From: Candidatus Latescibacterota bacterium | GTDB lineage: Bacteria > Latescibacterota > UBA2968 > GCA-2709665 | NCBI GenBank assembly: GCA_965203805.1 | Contig: OZ241917.1 | Coordinates: forward strand, 1,792,001 to 1,856,000 | Reading direction: 5' to 3' | Length of the DNA stretch: 64,000 nucleotides | Part shown: positions 49,612-59,617 of the stretch, piece after piece | How the letters are laid out: the number at the start of each line of letters is the position of its first letter | How positions within the stretch are numbered: position 1 is the first letter of the stretch | Made by a program: the position numbers and the translations under genes | The notes under the pieces: generated by a model | The model's input: the letters and a program-made list of their open reading frames with translations, nothing else | What the model was told of the DNA's origin: nothing | The model's database searches: none

Positions 49612-51834
49612 TCAGGGAACGATGCTGAACGAAATGTCCTTCGATGTCCGTTCATCCGCCAACAGGTCCGTAACGGTCACCCTGACCAGCTGCCCGCCCT
49701 CCTGAGTTTCGGTAAGGTCCAGTTCGACGTAGGCCACTTCGTCAGGCCGGCTGCCTGTCTGATCGTAGGCGATGACGACTTCCTGGTCTTTTTCAGACAG
49801 CCGGAAGACCCTGCCCAGTCCGTGCAGCATTTTCGCCGGGAGCGCCCGTTTCCGTTGCGACCTAAGCGTATATTCCACCCGGTAGTGCGTCTGACCGAAA
49901 GCATCCTGCTTCAAGTTGTAGATTTCGAAGTAGACAAACGCGTTCTGGTGGCTCCGAAATGCCAGGGAAGACATGGGAACGACCTTAAGACCGTTTTTCA
50001 CATAATCTCCCGATGGCTCGTCGGTGGGCTCCGTTGCGAACGCCAGTTCGATATCGCTGATCAGCAGTCCGGATGGCCCGTGATAGTCCTCAAGGTTGAC
50101 CGCCTGCTGGTAAACCTGCGACTTTCCGGAAACGACGTCTCTTACCTGCAGCGCCATATGGTACGTCCCAGGCGGAAGATCCACCGGCATCACGCCAGGT
50201 ATGAACGCACCGTCCTCGACCTGCTGGTCTGTGGGGGCCTTGAAGGCCATCTGATCCACGTCCCGGTGGACTTCGTTCCACAAACTGTCGAAGACGGCCA
50301 CGCCCCGGTCGAGCAGAATCAGATCGGTTTTTTCGTCCACGTTCAATCGAACCACCTCGGATGCGGGCAACCCGTAATAGATCTCCAGCCGCGTCCTGGA
50401 CTCCGGTCCCTTGAAATCCGCCGGATAGTAGTAGAAATCGATCGGCAGATCGGCAAAGTCGGGCGCGTAGCGCGAGGGTCGCCCGGCCACCACATTCTGC
50501 ATGATCACCCCGCCCTGATAATCGGCCAGGTGGATCCCGATATGGGGCGCAATCTGGAGCGGCAACGGGGCGAAGTCGTATCGTCGGCCCTTGAATTCCT
50601 CCGCGAACGTGATTTCAATGCCGTCGTCTACCTGTGTATATATCCAATATTCCCATTTGGCGTTCGCTGAAACCGGAAAGATCGGCAGGCCGGGTGAAAT
50701 GGCCAGGGCAATACGGGACCGGTTTACGAAGTCCACGCGCGCTTCCTGTACCTCCCGGTTCCGTTCGGCCTGAATATCGTCCCATCTGCTGACATGGTCC
50801 GGATCTCCCAGACGGATGAACACCTCGCCCCGTTTGTCCCAGCCGCCATTCGGCTTCGCATAGTGTTCCAGCGCGTAGGCCACCCGCCGATAGTGCTCCA
50901 GCAGGCGCTCGTTTTCGGGGGTGAGGGGCGTGGGGTCTCGCCGCTTCCAGAATCGCGCCGCGAGCGCGTCCTTTTCTTCGTGAGACGCCGCCTCGTAACG
51001 CGCGAGATCATCGTCGGCCGCCACCAGGGAGATGTCCTGAAACCTGCGCCGGTCGGCTTCGGGAAGAAATGAGAAATAGGCATCGAACAGGGCGCTCGCC
51101 CGTTCGAAGTCCCGGTTCAACAGGCAGATGACGGCAAGATCGCGATTGGCCGGAATTCGGGCCTCGCCGCCGGTTTTCAACACCCTGCTAAGGGCGTTGA
51201 CTGCGGCCTTGGTATCACCCAGCGAGAGCCACAGACGGGCAAGCCGGATGACCGCCCGGGGATGTGCCGGATTTACCTCCATCTCCCTCTGGTAGGCCGA
51301 GATCGCCTCGTGTCTCTTCCCGTCGTCCTCCAGAAGCAGTCCCACCTGAAAATGCGCGTCCGGATATCCGGCGTCGATTTCAATCACTTTCTCAAACGCT
51401 TCCCTCGCCCGGCGCCGCCGGGTTTCCAGGTAGACACTCGCCAGGTTGTACTGCGCCTCGGCCATTTCCGGATCGGCATTCAGGGCCCTCCTGAAATACG
51501 TCTCAGCACGCCTGAATCCCTGCTTCGAAGCCATGTACGCCAATCCCAGCCCGTTGTACCCGGCTGCCTTCGCGCCCTTCTCTACCGCCTTTCTGAACGC
51601 CTTTTTGGCAGCCTTCGGATTGCCGGCATCCAGGTAGGCCTGACCGAGCAGGAGATGATCCCCGGCCGTCGCCGCTCCCGCGTCGATCACCCGCTTCAGG
51701 GCGGCAATGTCCCGTTCCGGCCGGCCCCGGTCAACGCCTTCAGCCGGCGCGGACCGATTCGAATCCACCGGCGTCGCTGTCGCCGCCCATGCGGACGCGA
51801 CAATCGAAACATACAGGACGATCATCCATGCCAT
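49612..51834 (-). CDS. Exported TPR + GWxTD-type domain protein
   Basis: Signal peptide, multiple TPRs, FWKRRDPTPLTPENERLLEHYRRVAYA...GWDKRGEVFIRLGDPD; C-terminal Ig-like region; start inferred. Confidence 0.85.
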   Translation of the reverse strand: MAWMIVLYVSIVASAWAATATPVDSNRSAPAEGVDRGRPERDIAALKRVIDAGAATAGDHLLLGQAYLDAGNPKAAKKAFRKAVEKGAKAAGYNGLGLAYMASKQGFRRAETYFRRALNADPEMAEAQYNLASVYLETRRRRAREAFEKVIEIDAGYPDAHFQVGLLLEDDGKRHEAISAYQREMEVNPAHPRAVIRLARLWLSLGDTKAAVNALSRVLKTGGEARIPANRDLAVICLLNRDFERASALFDAYFSFLPEADRRRFQDISLVAADDDLARYEAASHEEKDALAARFWKRRDPTPLTPENERLLEHYRRVAYALEHYAKPNGGWDKRGEVFIRLGDPDHVSRWDDIQAERNREVQEARVDFVNRSRIALAISPGLPIFPVSANAKWEYWIYTQVDDGIEITFAEEFKGRRYDFAPLPLQIAPHIGIHLADYQGGVIMQNVVAGRPSRYAPDFADLPIDFYYYPADFKGPESRTRLEIYYGLPASEVVRLNVDEKTDLILLDRGVAVFDSLWNEVHRDVDQMAFKAPTDQQVEDGAFIPGVMPVDLPPGTYHMALQVRDVVSGKSQVYQQAVNLEDYHGPSGLLISDIELAFATEPTDEPSGDYVKNGLKVVPMSSLAFRSHQNAFVYFEIYNLKQDAFGQTHYRVEYTLRSQRKRALPAKMLHGLGRVFRLSEKDQEVVIAYDQTGSRPDEVAYVELDLTETQEGGQLVRVTVTDLLADERTSKDISFSIVP

Positions 51835-52029
51835 GGTCAATCTTTCCGGGAAGGTTCGCACTACCGGGTCACTCAGAAAATCTATCGAATATACTCCCTG
51901 CGCGCAAAGGATTTCTAGGCTTGCCGCACGAGCCGGGTCCCCGAGACCGGTAATCGGGACGCTTCGGCATTGACAACGCACGGGGGCAGGTTTATCTTTC
52001 CGACGGGTCATTCCTGAGAAGGATCCACT

Positions 52030-52944
52030 ATGCCCATCCGAAAAGTCGTCATCCCGGTCGCCGGTCTCGGTACCCGTCTATTGCCCACGACGAGAGCCCT
52101 GCCGAAAGAGATGCTGCCCGTTGGCAAATACCCGGCCATACAGCATGTCGTCGAGGAGATGGCGGCCGCCAATCTGACGAAGTGTCTCTTCATTACCTCT
52201 CACAGCAAGACGATTATCGAAAACCAGTTCGACAACAACATCGACATCTCCTCGCAGCCGGAACAGAACCACAATTCGATCGACCCTGGGCAATTCGACT
52301 ACAGCCGGCGGGGTATCGAGTTTTTCTATACCCGGCAGCAGACGCTCCCTCCCACGGTCAGACCTCGCGGCACCGGCGCGGCGATACTCGCTGCCGAGAG
52401 TTTCGTTGAAAGCGAGCATTTCGCGGTCGCCTACGGCGATACGATCATCAATACGAGACATACGCCGAATTTTCTGGCACGGATGATCGAATCTCATCTC
52501 AGACACGGTTCCGCGTGTACCGTGGGCGTCCGTCCCGTTTCGTCCGATATGGTCGGGCATTACGGTATTGTCAAGCCCGACCCGGCAGACGATCTGAACG
52601 CCGACAGCTTTTCCATCCGAGACCTCGTGGAAAAACCCGACGTGGACGAAGCGCCAAGCCTTATGGCCGTAAGCGCCCGATATGTCTTCAGCCCCGACAT
52701 TTTCGATGAAATCCGCGGACTAACCGGGGCCTCCGGCGGCGAACTCGGTGTTACGGATGCCATTCGCGGCCTGATCAGGCGGGGCAGGTCGGTCAGATGC
52801 GTGCGTCTGTTGCCGGACGAAACGAGGTACGACATCGGAAGCCACGAAAGTTACTACCGGGCGTTCATCGACTTCGCCCTTCAGGACCCCCAATGCGGAG
52901 ACAAGATTCGGCAGTATCTCGAAACCTGCATGAAGCACACGTGA
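52030..52944 (+). CDS. galU: UTP-glucose-1-phosphate uridylyltransferase-like nucleotidyltransferase
   Basis: VIPVAGLGTRLLP.T...PKEMLP, YGD, LVEKP, RYDIG. Confidence 0.85.
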   Translation: MPIRKVVIPVAGLGTRLLPTTRALPKEMLPVGKYPAIQHVVEEMAAANLTKCLFITSHSKTIIENQFDNNIDISSQPEQNHNSIDPGQFDYSRRGIEFFYTRQQTLPPTVRPRGTGAAILAAESFVESEHFAVAYGDTIINTRHTPNFLARMIESHLRHGSACTVGVRPVSSDMVGHYGIVKPDPADDLNADSFSIRDLVEKPDVDEAPSLMAVSARYVFSPDIFDEIRGLTGASGGELGVTDAIRGLIRRGRSVRCVRLLPDETRYDIGSHESYYRAFIDFALQDPQCGDKIRQYLETCMKHT

Positions 52945-52993
52945 AAAACGCACTGATCCGGCACCGAGCGTGCAATGAATGGTACCGGCCCGT

Positions 52994-53034
52994 AAAAAAG
53001 AAGCCCTTCGGAGCTCAGAGATCCAAAGGGTTTT
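52994..53034. terminator. Bidirectional terminator-like hairpin
   Basis: aaaaaag-aagcccttcgga...tccaaagggtttt; U-tract strongest on the minus strand. Confidence 0.65.
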
Positions 53035-53323
53035 GTCAAACGCAATAATGGATGGATTCGTCGAATGGAAACGGGTGTCACGCCTGCCGAGTTGTCAGCC
53101 AACCAACCCTTAGACCACTCCGAAAAGCCAACATCCGCACTGACGAGATCCAGAGTCGTGTTACGCTATTGTAAATCCTCGTTGATCAGGCAGTTGGGAA
53201 TTACCTATGCCGGCCCCACGACCCGAACACCGCTCACCGACAGATCGAGGGTACCCCTGCATCGACGAAGGCACGGGTTCCCACTTCTCTCTCCGCGCGT
53301 CCTCCTCTCCCCGTAATGCCCGT

Positions 53324-53779
53324 TCAACCCCTGTCGTTATCGTCGGTTACGAGTTTCTCGCCGTCGAATATCAACTTGCCCTTTTCGTAGATGCAGCCGG
53401 TCTCCTCCACCAGTTCGTACTTCATCAACTGTCCGTGCGACATGTGGTTGAACACCTCTTTCGGGTCGTTGTATTTCTCGATCAGCTTTTCGATTGGACC
53501 CTCGAACTGGATCGCCCTTCGTACCGGTCGTTCTCTTTCTCGACGTTCCCGCTCTTCCCTGGTGAGGATGGGCAGGCGCTCGGCCGCCGGGCCGAGCCGG
53601 CTGGTATACTCCTGCCGTTGGCGAAACCGGTCGTGCCGCTTCTCGAGTTCCGACTTATCCCCCGCGTTGTCGTAATATTCCGAAACCTCGTCGGCCTTCT
53701 CCCTGAACCGCTTCTGTTCCTGATCTTTCAGTTCGTCGTTTCCCATTTTCCGCATAATATCCTTAACCGACTTGCTCAT
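53324..53779 (-). CDS. Hypothetical highly charged protein
   Basis: 151-aa ORF, GGAGG RBS, own promoter upstream; no recognised family. Confidence 0.75.
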   Translation of the reverse strand: MSKSVKDIMRKMGNDELKDQEQKRFREKADEVSEYYDNAGDKSELEKRHDRFRQRQEYTSRLGPAAERLPILTREERERRERERPVRRAIQFEGPIEKLIEKYNDPKEVFNHMSHGQLMKYELVEETGCIYEKGKLIFDGEKLVTDDNDRG

Positions 53780-53869
53780 TCAGACGCCTCCAGATCGTTG
53801 GGATGCCCGATCCCGCAAACGCGTTAGTTGCGGCGCGACAGGTCGTTGCAATGCAAATCCACAACAAAA

Positions 53870-53898
53870 AACATACATCGCCACCAGGTTTTTGTCAA
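53870..53898 (-). promoter_or_regulatory. Putative sigma70 promoter
   Basis: TTGACA-17 nt-TATGTT on the minus strand. Confidence 0.6.
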
Positions 53899-54076
53899 CG
53901 GCAAAATTGGCGATGCGACCCGTCCGCAACCCCGAAAGACGTTGACTCCCGCCTGCTCCCGGCGTAGTTTGTCGTTGTGAGCCGACCCATCCCGACGCCG
54001 CGGGCCGATTTGACCGGATTCGCGAACTCCGGCTTCCCGCGCGCCGCCCCTCCTCCGCCTCTTCGAGGACGCCAGG

Positions 54077-54883
54077 ATGTCCGAAATCGATCGCCTCGTC
54101 GATATTATGGCCCGGCTACGCGGCCCGGACGGATGCCCCTGGGACCGTGAGCAGACGCACCAGAGCCTGAAGCCCTACTTGATCGAAGAGGCCTACGAAG
54201 CCCTGGACGCCATCGACCGGGAAGACGACGAAAGCCTGCGGGACGAACTTGGCGACGTCCTCCTACAAATCGTCTTCCACGCGCAACTGGCGCGGGAGAA
54301 CGCCAGGTTCACGCTGGACGACGTGGCGGCGGCCACGAATGAAAAGCTCATTCGCAGACACCCGCACGTATTCGGGAACGCCACGGCGAACACACCGGGA
54401 CAGGTCGTTGAAAACTGGGAAGCCATCAAATCGAGGGAAAAGCGTGGAAAGGGGCTGAATCCTTCCATCCTGGGCGGCATACCCCGGCAACTTCCTGCAC
54501 TGCTCAGAGCACGGCGCGTCCAGGAGCGGGCGGCCCGCTCCGGCTTCGACTGGACAGATACCGAGGAGGTCGTCGACAAAGTGCGCGAGGAAGTGGACGA
54601 ATTCCTCGAAGCGTGGCGCGGCGCCGACCGGCAGGGCGTGGAAGAAGAGATCGGCGACCTGCTTTTCTCTCTGGTCAACCTCGCCAGGTTTCTGAAGGTC
54701 TGTCCCGAAGACGCGCTTCGGAAGACGATCGGAAAATTCGAAAGTCGTTTTCGTTATATAGAACGAGAACTCGGAAAACAGGGCAAGGACCCGCAGAACG
54801 CCAGTCTGGAAGAAATGGACGGGCTTTGGGAAGCATCCAAGAAGACTGCGTCGAACCAAACCGCGGCCAATCCGGATTCCTGA
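54077..54883 (+). CDS. mazG: Nucleoside triphosphate pyrophosphohydrolase MazG
   Basis: LRGPDGCPWDREQT, EEAYE, ELGDVLLQ, KLIRRHPHVF, EEIGDLLF. Confidence 0.96.
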   Translation: MSEIDRLVDIMARLRGPDGCPWDREQTHQSLKPYLIEEAYEALDAIDREDDESLRDELGDVLLQIVFHAQLARENARFTLDDVAAATNEKLIRRHPHVFGNATANTPGQVVENWEAIKSREKRGKGLNPSILGGIPRQLPALLRARRVQERAARSGFDWTDTEEVVDKVREEVDEFLEAWRGADRQGVEEEIGDLLFSLVNLARFLKVCPEDALRKTIGKFESRFRYIERELGKQGKDPQNASLEEMDGLWEASKKTASNQTAANPDS

Positions 54884-54909
54884 ACCATACTTACGGATTC
54901 CGACCGATC

Positions 54910-55881
54910 TCAACCCGCAGCCACGCGTTCATACACCTGCACCGCGGCCATCAGATCCTGAATCGCCATTCCCGTGAAATAGGCAATCGCACCCCGGCCG
55001 CGCCGGTGTTCCAGGCGGCCCAGCGCCGCGTCTCCAATCGTCCGGGGGCGGCCCGCACCGTCCGCGGCGAACCGGTCCCCACCCAATCCGGCCAGCAGGA
55101 AGTCTCCCGATTTCAGAACCTGCTCCGGGTGATCCGCAACCACCTCCCGGCTGCGCAACAGCCCGGCGTCCAGTTGAGCCGTCCTCGGATCGCCCGCAAT
55201 GACGGACAGATGTACCCTGTCTGCAACGTCGTTCCGTCCCAGAATCGGCCGGGGCGTCGGAACCGCCGTGAGAATGGCGTCCGCGCCGCTCAGGCAGTCG
55301 CTGATCCCGTTCGCGGCCCGCACCGTTGCATTCACCCCGGGTTGCAGGGAGGCGACAAACGCCTCGACGTTGGCGGGACTTCTGCTGGTCGCCCTGATCT
55401 CCCGCGGCCCAAGGGCGGCGTCGGCGCACAGGGCAAGCGCCCGGGCAATGCGTCCGGTGCCTACAATCGCCAGCACCTCCGCGCTGGCGGCAAGATAGCG
55501 GACGCCCAGCGCGCCCGCGGCGCCCGTCCGCATATTGGTCAGATATTCCGCATCCAGTACGGCGCCCCGGCCCGTCGCGGCTTCTTCCAGTTCGATCACG
55601 GCGGTGCGCCCCGCAAGCCTCCCTGAAGACACGTCCGACCGCTCCACAATCACCTTCCTCGCGCGGTACCGACCCGGCCACTCCGCGGGCATCTCCAGGC
55701 GAAACAGATCCGCGCCTTCCGTCCTTCGCACGTCTTCCTGGCGCGGCGGATTCAGCACCTCCCCCGACCCGTAGAGACGAAACGCCCGGTCACAGCTCTC
55801 GACAACCTCCTCAACGGACAGAATACCTGCTATTTCGGCATCTGAAATCTTCAATTTTTCTTCCAAGGGTCCGCCCTCCAT
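54910..55881 (-). CDS. Ornithine cyclodeaminase/mu-crystallin family protein
   Basis: LTNMRTGAAGA, IVGTG, TGMAIQD. Confidence 0.85.
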   Translation of the reverse strand: MEGGPLEEKLKISDAEIAGILSVEEVVESCDRAFRLYGSGEVLNPPRQEDVRRTEGADLFRLEMPAEWPGRYRARKVIVERSDVSSGRLAGRTAVIELEEAATGRGAVLDAEYLTNMRTGAAGALGVRYLAASAEVLAIVGTGRIARALALCADAALGPREIRATSRSPANVEAFVASLQPGVNATVRAANGISDCLSGADAILTAVPTPRPILGRNDVADRVHLSVIAGDPRTAQLDAGLLRSREVVADHPEQVLKSGDFLLAGLGGDRFAADGAGRPRTIGDAALGRLEHRRGRGAIAYFTGMAIQDLMAAVQVYERVAAG

Positions 55882-56083
55882 TGTGTGTGCCGGTATAGAG
55901 AACCCGTGCCCATTAACCTACGAGACCGGCGGCCCTTATTGAAGCGAAAAAGCGGCGCGACTCCGCGAGAACCCAATCCGCTGCGGGCGCGGAAATTCGA
56001 CTTGACGGGCTCTGGCTCACGTACAATATTGAAGGCCCGTTTCCAGGACATTCGACCCTAAAGGACCCGAAGCGAGGCATCTC

Positions 56084-57250
56084 ATGAAAATCACGGACGT
56101 CGAAACCTTCATTGCCGGCAACCCCTGGAAGAACTGGCTCTTTACCCGAGTACACACGGACGAGGGTGTTTACGGCGTCGGCGAGGGCACCGTCAACTTC
56201 ATGGCCCGGACCGTCGAATCCGCCATTCACGAACTCAGACCGCAGTGGGAGGGTCAGGATCCGTTCCAGCCCGAACGCATTCTCCAGCGGATGTTCCGGG
56301 ACGTGTACACCGACGGCGGCCAGATCCATAAACACGCGGCCGCGGCCATCGAAGTCGCATGCTGGGACATTATGGGCAAGTGCATGGACAAACCCGTCTA
56401 TCAGCTGCTGGGGGGTCAGATGCGCGACAGGATCCGGGCGTACGCGAACGGCTGGTATCGCGGCCCACGGACGCCGGAGAACTTTCACGAGAAGGCGCTG
56501 GACGTGGTTCGCCGAGGGTATACGGCCCTTAAGTTCGACCCGTTCGGGTCCGCCTACCAGATTACCGATCTGGATGACGAGGCGCTGGCCGTCGACATCA
56601 TCGCGGCGGTGCGCGACGCCGTGGGACCCGGCGTGGACGTTCTCGTGGAAGGGCATTGCCGTTTCAGCACGTCCACCGCCCTCAAATTCGCCCGCAAGAT
56701 GGAGCCGTACAATCCCACCTGGTTTGAGGAACCGACGCCTCACCACAAGATCGACGCCCTGACGCAGGTTGCGAGAGAATCGCCGGTACCCATCGCCACG
56801 GGAGAAAGCCTGCATACGAAATACCAGTTCGCCGAACTGCTGAAACACGACGTCATACACATCCTGCAGCCGGAGCCCCTGGCCTGCGGCGGTCTGTGGT
56901 CAACCCGCATGATATGCGATATGGTCGACGCGCATTACGGCGTGGTTGCGCCGCACGACGCGCAGGGCCCGGTCTGTACCGCCATCTGCCTCCAACTGGC
57001 GGCCTGTACCCCCAATCACTTCATACAGGAAACGTTCGACGAATTCAACGTGGCGTGGGAACGCGACCTGGTCACGGGCGAAAGCTATGACGTCGTCGAC
57101 GGCTGGTTCAGCGTGCCAACCGCACCCGGCCTGGGCATCGATCTCAACGTCGACGAGATTCGCAAACATCCCTATTCCGTGAACAACCACCTGCCGCTCT
57201 TCAGGGACGGCTGGGAACGCCGTGTTTCCCAGGAGGAAGTGACGTCATGA
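56084..57250 (+). CDS. Mandelate racemase/muconate lactonizing (galactonate dehydratase-like) enzyme
   Basis: TDEGVYGVGE, WDIMGK, LLGG..RDRI.AYANGW, KFDPF, EGH, EEP, ATGE, APH. Confidence 0.92.
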   Translation: MKITDVETFIAGNPWKNWLFTRVHTDEGVYGVGEGTVNFMARTVESAIHELRPQWEGQDPFQPERILQRMFRDVYTDGGQIHKHAAAAIEVACWDIMGKCMDKPVYQLLGGQMRDRIRAYANGWYRGPRTPENFHEKALDVVRRGYTALKFDPFGSAYQITDLDDEALAVDIIAAVRDAVGPGVDVLVEGHCRFSTSTALKFARKMEPYNPTWFEEPTPHHKIDALTQVARESPVPIATGESLHTKYQFAELLKHDVIHILQPEPLACGGLWSTRMICDMVDAHYGVVAPHDAQGPVCTAICLQLAACTPNHFIQETFDEFNVAWERDLVTGESYDVVDGWFSVPTAPGLGIDLNVDEIRKHPYSVNNHLPLFRDGWERRVSQEEVTS

Positions 57251-58617
57251 ACGTCGTCTTCATCGTACTCGACAGCTTCCGTCAGGATCATGTAAGCCTG
57301 TACCATCGCGGCGTTGCGCCTTTTTCGGGCGTCGACGCCTGCAAGACGCCCAATATAGACGAATTCGCGCGGGAATCGGTGGTGTTCGATAACGCGTATC
57401 CGGAAGCCCTGCCCACCATTCCGATCCGCTGCCAGTTGATGACGGGGCAGCGCACGCTGCACAACCGCGGCTGGCAACCACTCACCGCGGAAGACGTGCA
57501 CGTCGCCCAGATACTCTCCGGGGAGGACTACGTCTGCGGCCTCGTCACGGATACGTACCACTATCGCGCGCCCGGTATGAATTACCACCGGAACTTCGCC
57601 TCGTACGACTGGATCCGGGGCCAGGAATACGATCCCTGGATCTCGGCGCCGACCCGGCGCGATATCGAGGACTACGTCAACGCAAACTACCCCGATACCT
57701 GGCGCCGGCGCATCTCACAGTTCCTGGCCAATACCGACGGCTTCCACTCGGCCGAAGACGAATTTGCCTGGAAAGTGGTTGACAGCGCCGTCGACTGGCT
57801 CGACGCCAACCGATCGCACGGGAACGTGATGCTCTGGGTGGATTCCTTCGACCCCCACGAACCCTGGAATCCGGTGCCGGAATTCGACACCTACACAGAT
57901 CCCGCCTATCGGGGGCCCCGGCTCATTATGCCGATGGGCGGACCATCCGAAGACTGGGCATCATCCGACGAGATCTCCCAGATACAGGGTCTCTACGCGG
58001 GGGAATGCGCCTTTGTGGACCACTGCCTCGGGCGGCTCTTCGAGGCCCTGAGAAACCTGGGATATTACGACGACAGCGTCATTTTCCTGCTGGCCGACCA
58101 CGGACATCCCCTGAACGACCACGGGAAATTCCTGAAGGGCGCGGACCGGATGTACAACGAATTGCTCAAGGTCCCGTTCATGGTAAGATTGCCGGGAGGG
58201 AGACACGGAGGTCGGCGGACGTCCGCGATCGTACAGTACCAGGACGTGCTGCCCACCCTCCTCGACGCGCTCGGCCTGCCCGGCAACACCGACGCGATGG
58301 CGGGCCGCAGCTTCATGCCCGTGCTCACCGGAGATGCGGATGAACACCGGCGGGCGATGATCACCGGCTATCACAGCGGCATCGACCGTTGCACCCGCGA
58401 CGACACCTGGAGCTATATCCAGCGCCCTGCGGGCGAACCCGACGAACTGTACCATCTTCCGGACGACCCGAAGGAAGAAGACAACCTTATCGACGATCAT
58501 CCCAACGAGGCTCTGCGCCTGGCGGGCGCGTTCGGAAAGGCGTTCAAGCGCACGTCCTCGAACGTGGTCAAAGGGGTACAGGGGGAATATGAAATGGCCT
58601 CGTCGAGCATCGAATGA
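57247..58617 (+). CDS. Sulfatase-like hydrolase
   Basis: LDSFRQD, TIPIRCQLMTG, FDPHEPW, ADHG, ELY...DP.E. Confidence 0.9.
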   Translation: MNVVFIVLDSFRQDHVSLYHRGVAPFSGVDACKTPNIDEFARESVVFDNAYPEALPTIPIRCQLMTGQRTLHNRGWQPLTAEDVHVAQILSGEDYVCGLVTDTYHYRAPGMNYHRNFASYDWIRGQEYDPWISAPTRRDIEDYVNANYPDTWRRRISQFLANTDGFHSAEDEFAWKVVDSAVDWLDANRSHGNVMLWVDSFDPHEPWNPVPEFDTYTDPAYRGPRLIMPMGGPSEDWASSDEISQIQGLYAGECAFVDHCLGRLFEALRNLGYYDDSVIFLLADHGHPLNDHGKFLKGADRMYNELLKVPFMVRLPGGRHGGRRTSAIVQYQDVLPTLLDALGLPGNTDAMAGRSFMPVLTGDADEHRRAMITGYHSGIDRCTRDDTWSYIQRPAGEPDELYHLPDDPKEEDNLIDDHPNEALRLAGAFGKAFKRTSSNVVKGVQGEYEMASSSIE

Positions 58618-58732
58618 AGCGACATCACGGCGTCCATGCCCGAGCCGGTGACCTGAAGTCGCCACAGTGTCTGCAAAGTTACCGCGCCCGTGGTCACCGG
58701 TCGAATTTATCACGCCATAAAAAGGAGACCCT

Positions 58733-59473
58733 GTGGAAAATCCCGTGAAAGCGAAACTCATGAGGGGCGAGTTGTCCCTCGGCGGTTGGCTGAACCTGGG
58801 TTCCCCGCTGGCCGCGGAACTCATGGCCGCCGCCGGTTACGAGTGGCTGGCCATAGACGCGGAACACTCGCCGTTTGACATCCCCCTGATCGCGGATACG
58901 TTCCGGGCCGTCGAAGCCCGGGGCGCCGTGCCCTTCGTCCGCGCCTGGGACCACGATCCCGTATCCCTTGCCCGCATCCTGGACGCCGGCGCCTACGGCA
59001 TCATCGTGCCCCACGTCAGCACGCCCCGCCAGGCGGAAGCACTGGTGCAGGCCATGCGCTATCCGCCGGAGGGCGCCCGCTCCGCCGGTACGGGCAGGGT
59101 GGCCGTCTATGGCGACGAATATCGACGGAACGCCAACGATGCGGTGATGGTCGTACCCCAGATTGAAGATATGGAGGGCATCAACAACACGGAAGCAATT
59201 ATGTCCGTCGAGGGCATCGACGTGGGTTTCCTGGGTCCCGGCGACCTTGCCCTTTCCATGGGTGTGAACCGGGGCCACCCGGACCACGAGAAGGCCATCC
59301 AGACGTTCGTATCGGGATGCAGGGACGCCGGCAAACCCTACGGGATGCCCGAGCGCGACCTGGATATCGTCAGGAAACGCATACGGGAGGGGTTCACGTT
59401 CATGGACGTCGCCAGCGATCTGCGAACCCTCGAAGCCGGCGTGCACCAGGCGCTGGCCGAAATCAGGAGATGA
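58733..59473 (+). CDS. HpcH/HpaI-family aldolase
   Basis: IDAEH, FVR, LDAGA.GIIVPHV, YPPEG.RS, QIE, GPGDL. Confidence 0.92.
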   Translation: MENPVKAKLMRGELSLGGWLNLGSPLAAELMAAAGYEWLAIDAEHSPFDIPLIADTFRAVEARGAVPFVRAWDHDPVSLARILDAGAYGIIVPHVSTPRQAEALVQAMRYPPEGARSAGTGRVAVYGDEYRRNANDAVMVVPQIEDMEGINNTEAIMSVEGIDVGFLGPGDLALSMGVNRGHPDHEKAIQTFVSGCRDAGKPYGMPERDLDIVRKRIREGFTFMDVASDLRTLEAGVHQALAEIRR

Positions 59474-59617
59474 CAGCTCCGGGGGCGGCGACCGATGGCG
59501 ATACTCCTGTCGGCCATATAAGGCTCGCCGTTCCAGTAACCCGGAACGGCGAGCCATCGCGCGTGACTATGAACACGCAGGATGGCCCTGTCAGCCTGCC
59601 ATCCAATACCCTGTACG

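Noticed and set aside
53060-53135. tRNA-like string cggagtggtctaagg on the minus strand
   Set aside because: No T-arm (TTCGA) or acceptor stem can be formed
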